Below are positions 1-8,405 of a stretch of DNA of 32,000 bases, piece by piece. Each line of letters starts with the position of its first letter. The first letter of the stretch is position 1. Position numbers and translations under genes: made by a program. The DNA comes from Candidatus Electrothrix yaqonensis (GTDB taxonomy: Bacteria > Desulfobacterota > Desulfobulbia > Desulfobulbales > Desulfobulbaceae): positions 1 to 32,000 of the forward strand of contig CP178758.1 in NCBI GenBank assembly GCA_047651235.1. The letters are read 5' to 3'. The notes under the pieces were generated by a model that did not search any database, was not told where the DNA came from, and worked only from the letters and a program-made list of their open reading frames with translations.

Positions 1-1332
1 ATGTTGTGGGACACCGTCAAACATTCCTTATCCTGTTCACTTCCTGAGAGTGAGTACACGCTGTGGATCAAGCCTCTCCTCTGCATCAGGGAAAATAGCA
101 GGACGCTGGAACTTGCCTGTCCTGACCGTTTTTTTTGTGCCTGGGTGAAAGACCGTTATCTGGACCGTATTCAGGCCAATCTGGCCGAATTGAGTGGTAT
201 GCCTCCGTCGGTCTCGCTCACTGTTTCCGGACAACAGCCTGCACCTCAGCAGGAAAACAACGGTTCCGGCCAGCTCCGCCTGCCCGGCATGAACAGGTTC
301 AAATCCGCCATCAGGTCGCTGCATCCGGCCTATACTTTTGACCAGTTCATGGTCGGCGAATCAAACATCCTGGCCCGTTCGGCCTGCAACGCCATTGCCT
401 CAGCCGATGCTACCTTCGGCAACAACCTGTTTATGAGTTCCGCCACAGGCCTCGGTAAAAGCCATCTGACCCAGGCTGTTGTCCATCAGGTTATGCAAAG
501 CGCCCCCGGCACCCGCATGCATTATCTGACTGCTCAGCAGTTTTCTGCTGAAATGGTCAAAAGCATCCGCAGTAACAGTATGGACCAGTTTTCCAATCGC
601 TTTATTCATGACTGCGACCTGCTGCTGCTCGAGGATGTGCATATTCTGACCGGAAAAACAAAAACCCAGCAGGAGCTGAATACTGTTCTGGATTACCTGA
701 TCAAATCCGGAAAACGGGTCATTCTGACTTCAGCAGTGGCGGCACGGAAAATCAAGGGGATTGATGAGGATTTCCGTTCCCGGATGACCTCCGGCCTGAT
801 CACGGATATCGAAGCACCTGAATTCAGGACCAGGGCTTCCATTATCCGGCACAAGGCTGCCTGCAGCAATCTGCAGCTTTCCGAGGAGCAGATTTATTTT
901 CTGGCGGACAAACTGCAGGGCGACATCCGCCGGATTGAGAGCGCGGTTATCGGTGTCAGAGCACAGGCATCCATGTATAATGCCCCGCCGGATATGGATA
1001 TGCTGCATTCCGTGCTGCAAGGAATTATCGGAAACAATCCGTCAATGCCGCTCAGCGGTAAAGTTATCCGGGATATGATCTGCAGCCAGTACAAACTTTC
1101 TGTTGAGGAGATGATCTCCCGCTCCCGCAAACGGGCCATCTCCTTTCCCCGCCAGATTGCCATGTATCTGACCAGAAAGTACACGGAAGAATCGCTGGCC
1201 GATATCGGCAGACTCTACAACCGGGATCATTCCACTGTGCTGTATGCCATTAAGGTGATCAATCGGGATATTGTGCAGAAAAACACCGTCCGCCATCAGG
1301 TGGAGCTGCTCACGGATAAGCTGAAAAAATAA
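1..1332 (+). CDS. dnaA: Chromosomal replication initiator DnaA (complete, 443 aa)
   Basis: The N-terminus LWDTVKHSL..EYTLWIKPL is typical of DnaA domain I. Walker A is GLGKSHL and Walker B-like is LLLEDVH. The C-terminal DNA-binding signature is RDHSTVLYAIKVI. The ATG is window base 1. Confidence 0.95.
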   Translation: MLWDTVKHSLSCSLPESEYTLWIKPLLCIRENSRTLELACPDRFFCAWVKDRYLDRIQANLAELSGMPPSVSLTVSGQQPAPQQENNGSGQLRLPGMNRFKSAIRSLHPAYTFDQFMVGESNILARSACNAIASADATFGNNLFMSSATGLGKSHLTQAVVHQVMQSAPGTRMHYLTAQQFSAEMVKSIRSNSMDQFSNRFIHDCDLLLLEDVHILTGKTKTQQELNTVLDYLIKSGKRVILTSAVAARKIKGIDEDFRSRMTSGLITDIEAPEFRTRASIIRHKAACSNLQLSEEQIYFLADKLQGDIRRIESAVIGVRAQASMYNAPPDMDMLHSVLQGIIGNNPSMPLSGKVIRDMICSQYKLSVEEMISRSRKRAISFPRQIAMYLTRKYTEESLADIGRLYNRDHSTVLYAIKVINRDIVQKNTVRHQVELLTDKLKK

Positions 1333-1337
1333 ACAGC

Positions 1338-1357
1338 GCGACCGGCAGCGACCGGCA
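1338..1357. repeat. Perfect tandem duplication GCGACCGGCA x2 immediately after the dnaA stop
   Basis: Read directly: GCGACCGGCA at 1338-1347 and again at 1348-1357. Confidence 0.9.
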
Positions 1358-1450
1358 GGTCCGATCTCCCTGAACAGGAAAAAATTCGAGGCCCGGCACA
1401 ACTTCAGCGTAAAATTCTCCTTTCTCTCTTGTCTGTCCCTTTCCCTGTTC

Positions 1451-1535
1451 TTCGGTGCTTTCCGGTAGTTCGGTATTATTCGGTATTATTCGGTATTGTT
1501 CGGTATTGTTTCCTGTTCCGTTGTCGGGTATTATT
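1451..1535. repeat. Helically phased 10-bp tandem repeat array with core CGGTATTRTT
   Basis: Four head-to-tail units lie at 1471-1510 (CGGTATTATT, CGGTATTATT, CGGTATTGTT, CGGTATTGTT). Degenerate units TTCGGTGCTT and TCCGGTAGTT (1451-1470) precede them, and TCGGGTATTATT (1524-1535) follows. Confidence 0.9.
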
Positions 1536-1616
1536 TCCAAAAATTTTCTATTTTCCGGAAGCTGCGGAGCTGCTCAGATTCCCACAGCCCGGATGTACCG
1601 GTTCTTATTTTTCTAT

Positions 1617-1638
1617 GTACGGAATACGTACGGTATCG
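1617..1638. repeat. 11-bp tandem GTACGGAATAC / GTACGGTATCG abutting the permease start codon
   Basis: Read directly. It shares the CGG(T/A)AT core with the upstream 10-bp array and occupies the position where a Shine-Dalgarno would be expected. Confidence 0.8.
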
Positions 1639-1640
1639 CT

Positions 1641-2771
1641 ATGGAACAAAACGTTATTCAACACAATCAACATAAAGAACCTGATAATTCTTCGCAGCAT
1701 GTTGTGCAGGCAAGGTATTTTACCGCAGTTTTTCTGCTTTCCGTCCTGCTGCTCGGCTTTGTGCTCTGGCCGTTCTGGCAGCTACTGATCCTTGCCTTTC
1801 TCCTGGCCGGAATTTTTCGGCCGGTCTATACCTGGCTGCGAAAGTGGGTGTCCCCGTGGATGGCCTCCTGCCTGACCTGCGCACTGATCGCTCTGATTAT
1901 CTTTATTCCTCTGACCTTCTGCATCGGTGCCCTGTCATCCGAGGCCCTGAATGTCTATCAGCTAGGCAAAAGCTCCAATCTGCTGCTGAAACTGCAGCAG
2001 ACCATTCAGGACAGCCCCCGGATCGCCCATGCCAGAGAGGCCCTGTCAGGATTTGGTATCGACTTTCAGCCCTCTAATCTTACGGAAATATTTTCAGGTC
2101 TCAGTAAGGATGCCGGGTTGTTTCTGTACAACAAAGCATCTGCTTGGGCAGCAAATATTATGAGCTTTGTGCTCCAGTTCTGTTTTCTGATCCTGATGAT
2201 CTATTTCCTGCTTATCGAGATAGACCGTCTGGTCCGCTTTCTCACCCGGCTATCCCCGCTGCCGGAAGAACAGGACAAGCTGCTGCTGCATAAATTTCTC
2301 GAAATATCAGGCGCTATCCTGGTGGGTAACGGGATCAGCGGGGTATTCCAGGGCGTTATGGGAGGAATCCTGTTTGCACTGCTGGGCATCAGCTCACCGA
2401 TTCTCTGGGGAGGCGTTATGGGTATTCTGGCTTTTCTGCCGATTTTCGGTATCGGGCTGGTTCTGATTCCCGCCTCTGCCATCCTGTTGTTCAGCGGTGC
2501 GTCAGGACAGGCTATGATTACCTTTATTTTCTATATCGTGCTGTCCTTTACTGTGGAATATCTGCTCAAACCGAAATTTGTCGGAGACCAGGTGAAGATG
2601 CATACCCTGCTGGTTTTTCTGGCTATTCTCGGAGGAATGTCTGTATTCGGTGTACTCGGGATCATTTACGGCCCCTTGGTTGTTACTGCGTTTCAGACCC
2701 TGTCGGATATTTATCTGAAAGAGTATGTACCGAAATTTGAAGAAAAACCAGAAACAGTACCTCTCGCCTGA
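1641..2771 (+). CDS. AI-2E family (PerM/YhhT-like) membrane transporter
   Basis: A polytopic hydrophobic protein with the family-typical glycine-rich stretch GGILFALLGISSPILWGGVMGILAFLPIFG. I chose the ATG at 1641 (MEQNVIQ..). The ORF is open from 1455, but that upstream part runs through the repeat array. An ATG at 1593 is an alternative start. Confidence 0.8.
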   Translation: MEQNVIQHNQHKEPDNSSQHVVQARYFTAVFLLSVLLLGFVLWPFWQLLILAFLLAGIFRPVYTWLRKWVSPWMASCLTCALIALIIFIPLTFCIGALSSEALNVYQLGKSSNLLLKLQQTIQDSPRIAHAREALSGFGIDFQPSNLTEIFSGLSKDAGLFLYNKASAWAANIMSFVLQFCFLILMIYFLLIEIDRLVRFLTRLSPLPEEQDKLLLHKFLEISGAILVGNGISGVFQGVMGGILFALLGISSPILWGGVMGILAFLPIFGIGLVLIPASAILLFSGASGQAMITFIFYIVLSFTVEYLLKPKFVGDQVKMHTLLVFLAILGGMSVFGVLGIIYGPLVVTAFQTLSDIYLKEYVPKFEEKPETVPLA

Positions 2772-2780
2772 TGAAAAACT

Positions 2781-3614
2781 ATGGACACCTTTCTTCTGGA
2801 TGAACAGCTCCGCAGTTTCCTGCGGGAAGACCTGGAGCACGGCGACATCACCACGGACGCTATCTTTTCTGATCAGGAAACCGCCCTGGTCACGCTCAGG
2901 GCCAGAGAATCCCTGATTGCTGCGGGGATAGATCGAGTTGCAGCCCGGGTTTTCCACCTGCTCGATAACCGGCTGCACTTTGATCAGATTATCCCGGACG
3001 GAGAAAAAGCAGGTTTCGGCCAAGTGCTGATGACCATCAGCGGCCCGGTACGCAGTCTGCTGCGGGGCGAGCGGGTGGCTCTGAATCTGGTGCAGCGGCT
3101 CTGCGGCATTGCCACGCTGACCCGGCAATACGTGGACGCTGTCCAGGGGCTTGCCGTCGATATTGCGGATACCCGCAAAACTACGCCGGGTCTGCGGCTG
3201 CTGGAAAAGTATGCGGTCCGGGTGGGCGGCGGCAGAAATCACCGCTACAGCCTCAGCGACGGAGTGCTGATCAAGGATAATCATATTGCCGCCTGCGGTT
3301 CCATTACCGAGGCAGTCCGGAAGGCACGGGCAGCCGTGCCGCACACCATTGCCGTGGAGGTGGAGACCGAAACTCTGACGCAGGTGGAGGAATGTCTCGG
3401 CTGCAGGGTGCAGATTATTATGCTGGACAATATGGATACAGACACCATGCGCCGGGCCGTTGAGATGATTCAGGGCAGGGCCCTGGTGGAGGCCTCCGGC
3501 AGGGTGAATCTGAACACAGTACGAACCATTGCCGAAACCGGGGTGGATATCATTTCAGTCGGTGCCCTGACCCACTCGGCTCCGGCCTGTGACATCGGGC
3601 TGGACTGGGAATAA
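2781..3614 (+). CDS. nadC: Nicotinate-nucleotide pyrophosphorylase (carboxylating) / quinolinate phosphoribosyltransferase
   Basis: The length (277 aa), the N-terminus L..FL.EDL..GDITTDAIF, the RKTTPGLR and HRYSLSD..LIKDNHI motifs and the C-terminal ISVGALTHS are all typical of NadC. Confidence 0.9.
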   Translation: MDTFLLDEQLRSFLREDLEHGDITTDAIFSDQETALVTLRARESLIAAGIDRVAARVFHLLDNRLHFDQIIPDGEKAGFGQVLMTISGPVRSLLRGERVALNLVQRLCGIATLTRQYVDAVQGLAVDIADTRKTTPGLRLLEKYAVRVGGGRNHRYSLSDGVLIKDNHIAACGSITEAVRKARAAVPHTIAVEVETETLTQVEECLGCRVQIIMLDNMDTDTMRRAVEMIQGRALVEASGRVNLNTVRTIAETGVDIISVGALTHSAPACDIGLDWE

Positions 3615-3934
3615 GAAGAAGAGGATAATCCAAGTTTTGACTGATGAGGAGATAGTAAAAAAAATCAGAAGGTTACACTCAGAATCTTTTCAAATTGAGC
3701 TTTTATCAACCCGGCAATACAATATCGCCCCCTCTCTCTTTCCTGCCTGATCCTGCGGATAGTTTTTGACTCACTGTCAGGAACCGACTATCATATTTCT
3801 GTATTCTGCATATTCGATCCCGGTGCAGTTTGTCCGGTTATATTCTGTTCCGTGCTGTCTCTGGCGGAATCCTTATAAAACAAACATCAAGTTACTGTAA
3901 ATACACTGCAAATTAACAACTGTATTTAATATTA

Positions 3935-5371
3935 ATGTGCCCTGTCAGTTCATCGCCGCCTTCAGAGGAAGATGTGTTATCTTCCGGCATTCCGGCTCTT
4001 TCCGTGACGGACGTCAGCAAAGTCTATAAATTATATTCCCGTCCGATCCATCGGGTTATCGAAGCCCTGCTGCCGGGTTCAGGCCGCAGATACCATCACA
4101 TGTTTCATGCTCTTTCCGATGTTTCATTCACGGTGGCGCGGGGAGAAACTGTGGGGATTATCGGCCGGAACGGGAGCGGCAAGTCAACTCTGCTGCAGAT
4201 TATCTGCGGGATTCTGCAGCCCACGGTCGGGCAGGTAACGGTGAACGGACGGATTGCCGCCCTGCTGGAGCTCGGAGCAGGATTTAATCCGGAATTCACC
4301 GGTCGGGAGAATGTCTATCTCAACGGCTCCATTCTGGGGGTAGATCGAAAAGAAATGGATGCCTGTTTTGCCGATATTGTCCGCTTTGCTGATATCGGCG
4401 ACTATATTGAGCAGCCGGTCAGGACCTATTCAAGCGGTATGTATGTCCGTCTGGCCTTTGCTGTGGCCATTCATGTCCGACCGGATATCCTGATTGTGGA
4501 TGAAGCCCTCTCTGTCGGCGACACAGCCTTTCAGGCCAAATGTTTTGCCAAATTCAAAGAATTTCAGCAACGCGGCGTCACCATTTTGTTTGTCACCCAT
4601 TCCATGGATCTGGTGACCCGTTACTGCAGTGCGGCATTATTATTGGAACAGGGACGGGTTATTACGTCAGGTCCGGCCAAGGATGTGGTTGACGAATACA
4701 ACCGCAGAATTGTCAACTGTGCGGAATGCGAATCTGATCCGGCTTCCTCCGACGGGGAGCAGGAATCTGAGGCCGTCCCTGAAATGCAGAAGACGCAGAT
4801 CGGGTCCGGCGCTCCGGATCAACCGGATCAACCGGAGAAAAATACTGCTGACGAGACTGCTGCTGACCGGGTCTCCGCCCATATGCGGGAAAGTGAGCTG
4901 GCCTACCAGCTGAATCCCGATGAAAACCGGTACGGCAACGGAAAAGCCGAGATCATTGAGATAGGCATAGATTCGCTCAGCGACAAGGTCAAATATTCTT
5001 TTGTGCATGGAGAATGGTACCGTTTCCGCTTTACAACCCTTTTTCATGAAGCGCTGGACGACCCGATTACCGCCTATACGATTAAAGACGTGAAAGGATT
5101 TGATCTTACCGGCACGAATACCCTGTTTAAAGAAGCCAAAATAGGCAGGGTGGAAAAAGGAGAGATTGTGCTGACAGAGTTTGAGCAGCGCATGATGCTC
5201 AACCCCGGAGGCTATCTCCTTTCCTTCGGCTGCGCCGGTTTTGAAGACGGTGAATATGTTGTCTATGACCGCCGCTATGATGTCATCACCTTTGAAGTGA
5301 TTGCAGACCGTCCCAGTGTAGGATTTTTTGATCTGGATTCCGCAGTCAGAATCAGCCGCGTGAAGAGGTAA
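3935..5371 (+). CDS. wzt: Polysaccharide/O-antigen ABC exporter ATP-binding protein (Wzt/TagH type) with a C-terminal glycan-binding-like domain
   Basis: Walker A is GRNGSGKST, the signature is YSSGMYVRLAFA, Walker B is ILIVDEAL and the H-loop is VTHS. An acidic low-complexity linker follows, then a ~150-aa beta-rich C-terminal domain (ENRYGNGKAEI..VITFEV) resembling the Wzt C-terminal carbohydrate-binding module. The start could instead be the GTG at 3974, which has GAGGAA just upstream. Confidence 0.8.
   Translation: MCPVSSSPPSEEDVLSSGIPALSVTDVSKVYKLYSRPIHRVIEALLPGSGRRYHHMFHALSDVSFTVARGETVGIIGRNGSGKSTLLQIICGILQPTVGQVTVNGRIAALLELGAGFNPEFTGRENVYLNGSILGVDRKEMDACFADIVRFADIGDYIEQPVRTYSSGMYVRLAFAVAIHVRPDILIVDEALSVGDTAFQAKCFAKFKEFQQRGVTILFVTHSMDLVTRYCSAALLLEQGRVITSGPAKDVVDEYNRRIVNCAECESDPASSDGEQESEAVPEMQKTQIGSGAPDQPDQPEKNTADETAADRVSAHMRESELAYQLNPDENRYGNGKAEIIEIGIDSLSDKVKYSFVHGEWYRFRFTTLFHEALDDPITAYTIKDVKGFDLTGTNTLFKEAKIGRVEKGEIVLTEFEQRMMLNPGGYLLSFGCAGFEDGEYVVYDRRYDVITFEVIADRPSVGFFDLDSAVRISRVKR
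4814..4836 (+). repeat. Tandem 9-bp repeat CCGGATCAA x2 (+CCGGA) inside the wzt linker
   Basis: Read directly. It encodes PDQPDQP in the acidic linker between the ATPase and the C-terminal domain. Confidence 0.85.
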
Positions 5372-5384
5372 CTGAGGAAATCTT

Positions 5385-7367
5385 ATGCCCTTGTCAAAAT
5401 ATACAAAATCTTCTGCCGGGGTATGGACGCGGGCGGAAAATTCTGCTTTCAACTACTGCGATGGTGTTGAAATTGAGGAGCGCCTGCTGCAGCAGATACA
5501 GGAAGCTGCTGATGTTTCGGTGGCCTCTGATGAGCTGCAGCGCCTGATGGTGGACTGGCCCAGTGAATACCATTTCTCTCCGTTGCGGGCAAATCTGCTC
5601 TCTTCTTTTCAGCTGCATCAGTTTCCGGATATCCTCGAAGTCGGATCCGGCTGCGGCGCCATTACCAGGGCGCTTGGTGAACAATGCCCGGATTCTGGCA
5701 TTATCGCCCTTGAAGGGAGCAGGCGCCGGGCGGAAATCACCAAGGCCCGCTGCCGTGACCTTGCCAACGTGGAAGTTTATCAGGATGCCTTTGCAGACTT
5801 TGCCCCCAGTTATGCCTTTGACCTGATCACTATGATCGGGGTTCTGGAGTACAGTCCGTCCTTTTTTGCAGGTGACGACCCCATCGTGGATGCCCTGCAG
5901 CACGCCCGGAATTTATTAAGCGATAATGGCGTACTGGTTATTGCCATTGAAAATCAGCTCGGCCTGAAATACTTCAACGGTTGCGGGGAGGATCATAACG
6001 GCCAGCCTTTTTTCGGACTTAATGATTGGTACCGCCCAGGAACCTCCCGTACTTTCGGGAGAAGGGAGCTGCAGCAGCTGTTCAGCCGTGCCGGTTTTGA
6101 CCGGCTGGAATTCGTCTATCCGTTCCCTGATTATAAATTGCCGCAGCTTCTGGTGCGTGAAGAAGCGATACAGGGCAATGAATTGGACTGTTCCCGCTTA
6201 GTGGCACAATATCCCTCCAGAGATTACAGCCGCAATGTGGACAAAATGTTCATAGAAGCCAGAATCTGGAAGACACTGTCCTGCAACGGATTGCTTCGGG
6301 ATTTGGCCAATTCTTTTCTGGTATTTGCCTTTCCCGATGAGAAAGCCCTGGCTGACATCACCGATCCTTGGCTGGTCAAGGCATTCAGCTGCAGACGAAA
6401 AAAAAGGCATCTTGTCGAGACGGTTTTCCGGAAAGAAGAGAATGAGATCATTGTTGAAAAAAGGCTTTCTTATTCTTCAACCTCTGATCAGACTGAGGCA
6501 CCGGAGGGCATACGTCATCATGTCGGCCAGACTGAGTATATTGACGGCATCCCCTATGTGTTCGGTTTTTTGGGTCAGGCTGTGCTCAAGGACACTCTGG
6601 CATATTTTGTCAGCTATCTGACGCCTTGGGTGGATTGGCTGCGTAAACATGTCTGCTCTCAGACAACAACAGCACAAGGGGAAATTCTCCTGGTTCCCGG
6701 TTCGCTCTATGACGGTATTCCTGCCAACTTTCTGATCAACAGAGAAAAGCAACTCTGCCTGATTGATCAGGAATGGGAGTACAGGGAACCGTTGGAACTC
6801 GGTTTTGTCCTCTTCAGGGGAGTATACCGTGAACTGAGTACCAATCTGGATTTTCTCGAACAAACTGATCTTATTGCTGATGGAACTTTTTTTGATGTGC
6901 TGGTCAGGATATATGATGCCTTTGGCCTGCTGTTTGACCGGGATGTTTTTGCTGCTTATATCGAACGTGAAGTTGATTTTCAACTGGAACTTTGCTCCTA
7001 TAGTGCAGACAGAGACAGTCTGGTTCAATATCTGAACGATTTTTTCACAAAAACAAGGCTGCAGAAATCGGGGATTGCCGGACTGCTTGTCTCCGGCGGA
7101 ACCGCCGGTTATGCCCTGCTGAAAGAGCGGGAGAAAACGCTTCGTCAGACAGTGGCTGAACGTGATGAGCAGATAGATGTGTTGAACCAACAGGTGCGGC
7201 AACGTGATGAAAAATTATCCGAAATTTTCCGGAGCCAATCATGGCGTCTGATGGCACCGTTACGTTTTGCTGGCTATCTTATACGGGGTGATTTTGCAAA
7301 GGCTTCTGCAGCGGTAAAAAAGATGAAGCTGTGGATAAGCACTGAAAAAAATGATCTGCAGGAATAA
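5385..7367 (+). CDS. WbdD-like glycan chain-terminating protein: class I SAM methyltransferase + kinase-like domain + C-terminal coiled coil
   Basis: SAM motif I is ILEVGSGCGAITRAL. The mid-domain has APH/protein-kinase-like catalytic-loop features: DGIPANFLI (DxxxxN) followed by LIDQEWEY. The C-terminus is heptad-rich (LKEREKTLRQTVAERDEQIDVLNQQVRQRDEKLSEI). GAGGA lies 8 nt upstream of the ATG. Confidence 0.65.
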   Translation: MPLSKYTKSSAGVWTRAENSAFNYCDGVEIEERLLQQIQEAADVSVASDELQRLMVDWPSEYHFSPLRANLLSSFQLHQFPDILEVGSGCGAITRALGEQCPDSGIIALEGSRRRAEITKARCRDLANVEVYQDAFADFAPSYAFDLITMIGVLEYSPSFFAGDDPIVDALQHARNLLSDNGVLVIAIENQLGLKYFNGCGEDHNGQPFFGLNDWYRPGTSRTFGRRELQQLFSRAGFDRLEFVYPFPDYKLPQLLVREEAIQGNELDCSRLVAQYPSRDYSRNVDKMFIEARIWKTLSCNGLLRDLANSFLVFAFPDEKALADITDPWLVKAFSCRRKKRHLVETVFRKEENEIIVEKRLSYSSTSDQTEAPEGIRHHVGQTEYIDGIPYVFGFLGQAVLKDTLAYFVSYLTPWVDWLRKHVCSQTTTAQGEILLVPGSLYDGIPANFLINREKQLCLIDQEWEYREPLELGFVLFRGVYRELSTNLDFLEQTDLIADGTFFDVLVRIYDAFGLLFDRDVFAAYIEREVDFQLELCSYSADRDSLVQYLNDFFTKTRLQKSGIAGLLVSGGTAGYALLKEREKTLRQTVAERDEQIDVLNQQVRQRDEKLSEIFRSQSWRLMAPLRFAGYLIRGDFAKASAAVKKMKLWISTEKNDLQE

Positions 7368-8170
7368 TGCGTCATCGTTTTCGTCAGCTGCTCAACAGAA
7401 TTCGGGTATACCTGATTGAACGGAAGATCAGGCGGCTCAATACAGACATCGGATTTTCATTCCCGTATTTTTCTGTTGTGCTGCCGATTTATGACCGGAC
7501 AGCAAAACTGCGCGAAGCGATTGATTCCATCCTGCAGCAATCATTTGTGAATTTTGAACTGTTGCTGATCTGTGACGGTTCTCCGCTGGCAACCAGAGCA
7601 GTCGTGGAGTCATATCTTGATCATCCGAAAGTACGGACCTTTTTTTTTCAGGACAACAGCGGCAATCCTTGCCGGGGCAGAAATAAAGGGATAGAAATGG
7701 CTAAGGGGCGCTTTGTCGCCTTTCTTGACAGCGATGATATCGCCATGCCGGACCGGCTGAAGAGAACGCTCTATCATATCCTCGCCAGAAAAGCTGATGT
7801 GATCGGCGGGGCGATTGAATATATGACCGAAGGCGAGCACGGCAGAGGAATCCGGAACGGTCAGATCGGTTTTACTTCGGAAGACTGTACCTATGATCTG
7901 CTGCTGCAGGGCAACCGGCTGTCGATCTGCACGGTGGCAGTCCGCAAAGAATGCCTGCAGCGTTTCGGAGTCTTTCGGGAAGAAATGCGCTACCGGGAGG
8001 ATCATGAGTTGTGGCTCCGGCTGGCCTATCATGGCTGCTCCTTTTATAACTCTCCTGAAGTTTTTGCCCGCTACAGAGTACATGAGCGCAATGCTGAGCT
8101 TTCGTATTTGGGTGATGATAAGAAATGGCTGGAAAAGACGCTGGAACTGTACCGGCAGCCTTTCTTCTGA
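7367..8170 (+). CDS. Family 2 glycosyltransferase
   Basis: GT2 features: FSVVLPIYDR.., ..LLLICDGS and the DxD motif FLDSDD. The start overlaps the upstream stop (TAATG), which implies translational coupling. Confidence 0.85.
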   Translation: MRHRFRQLLNRIRVYLIERKIRRLNTDIGFSFPYFSVVLPIYDRTAKLREAIDSILQQSFVNFELLLICDGSPLATRAVVESYLDHPKVRTFFFQDNSGNPCRGRNKGIEMAKGRFVAFLDSDDIAMPDRLKRTLYHILARKADVIGGAIEYMTEGEHGRGIRNGQIGFTSEDCTYDLLLQGNRLSICTVAVRKECLQRFGVFREEMRYREDHELWLRLAYHGCSFYNSPEVFARYRVHERNAELSYLGDDKKWLEKTLELYRQPFF

Positions 8171-8190
8171 GACCCTTGTAAAAGGAAAAA

Positions 8191-8213
8191 CAGCGGATAG
8201 GATGAACCCGCTG
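8191..8213 (+). terminator. Weak hairpin downstream of the GT2 gene (possible intrinsic terminator)
   Basis: CAGCGG (8191-8196) pairs with CCGCTG (8208-8213) across an 11-nt loop and is followed by GTGATTTTCC. The stem is short and the U-tract poor. Confidence 0.25.
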
Positions 8214-8405
8214 GTGATTTTCCGCCGGTCAGCTGCTGAGTTTGAAAAAACCTATACAAGGAACCGGCCAGGAAACGGTAATTCAGCCGGGAAAGCAGAA
8301 AAATCAAAAAAGATGTTTTTTCTACCTGCACATGCTATATAGGAGACAAAAAAAAAGGACAAAAACAGGATAGGCGACAAAGATCAGATTGCATCCGGGG
8401 CATAA

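Noticed and set aside
296-306. GGTTCAAATCC, identical to a tRNA T-loop consensus.
   Set aside because: It lies inside dnaA. The flanks ACAGG and GCC.. cannot form a T-stem and no cloverleaf can be drawn. TTCGAATCC at 31407-31415 likewise has only a 3-bp flanking stem.
3863-3874. GGCGGAATCCTT, considered as an ops/JUMPstart-like antitermination element upstream of the polysaccharide genes.
   Set aside because: It matches only the GGCGG core of the enterobacterial GGCGGTAG element, and there is no evidence that this lineage uses an RfaH-type system.
7252-7270. TGGCAC followed by TTTGC, considered as a sigma54 promoter.
   Set aside because: The GG-to-GC spacing is about 16 nt instead of 12, and the site is inside a CDS. 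TGGCAACAGTATTTGA on the minus strand near 30395-30410 also lacks the -12 GC.
7330-7338. A perfect DnaA box TGTGGATAA.
   Set aside because: It is a single isolated copy inside the methyltransferase CDS, 6 kb from dnaA, with no clustered boxes or AT-rich unwinding element. One chance 9-mer match in 64 kb of two-strand sequence is not surprising.
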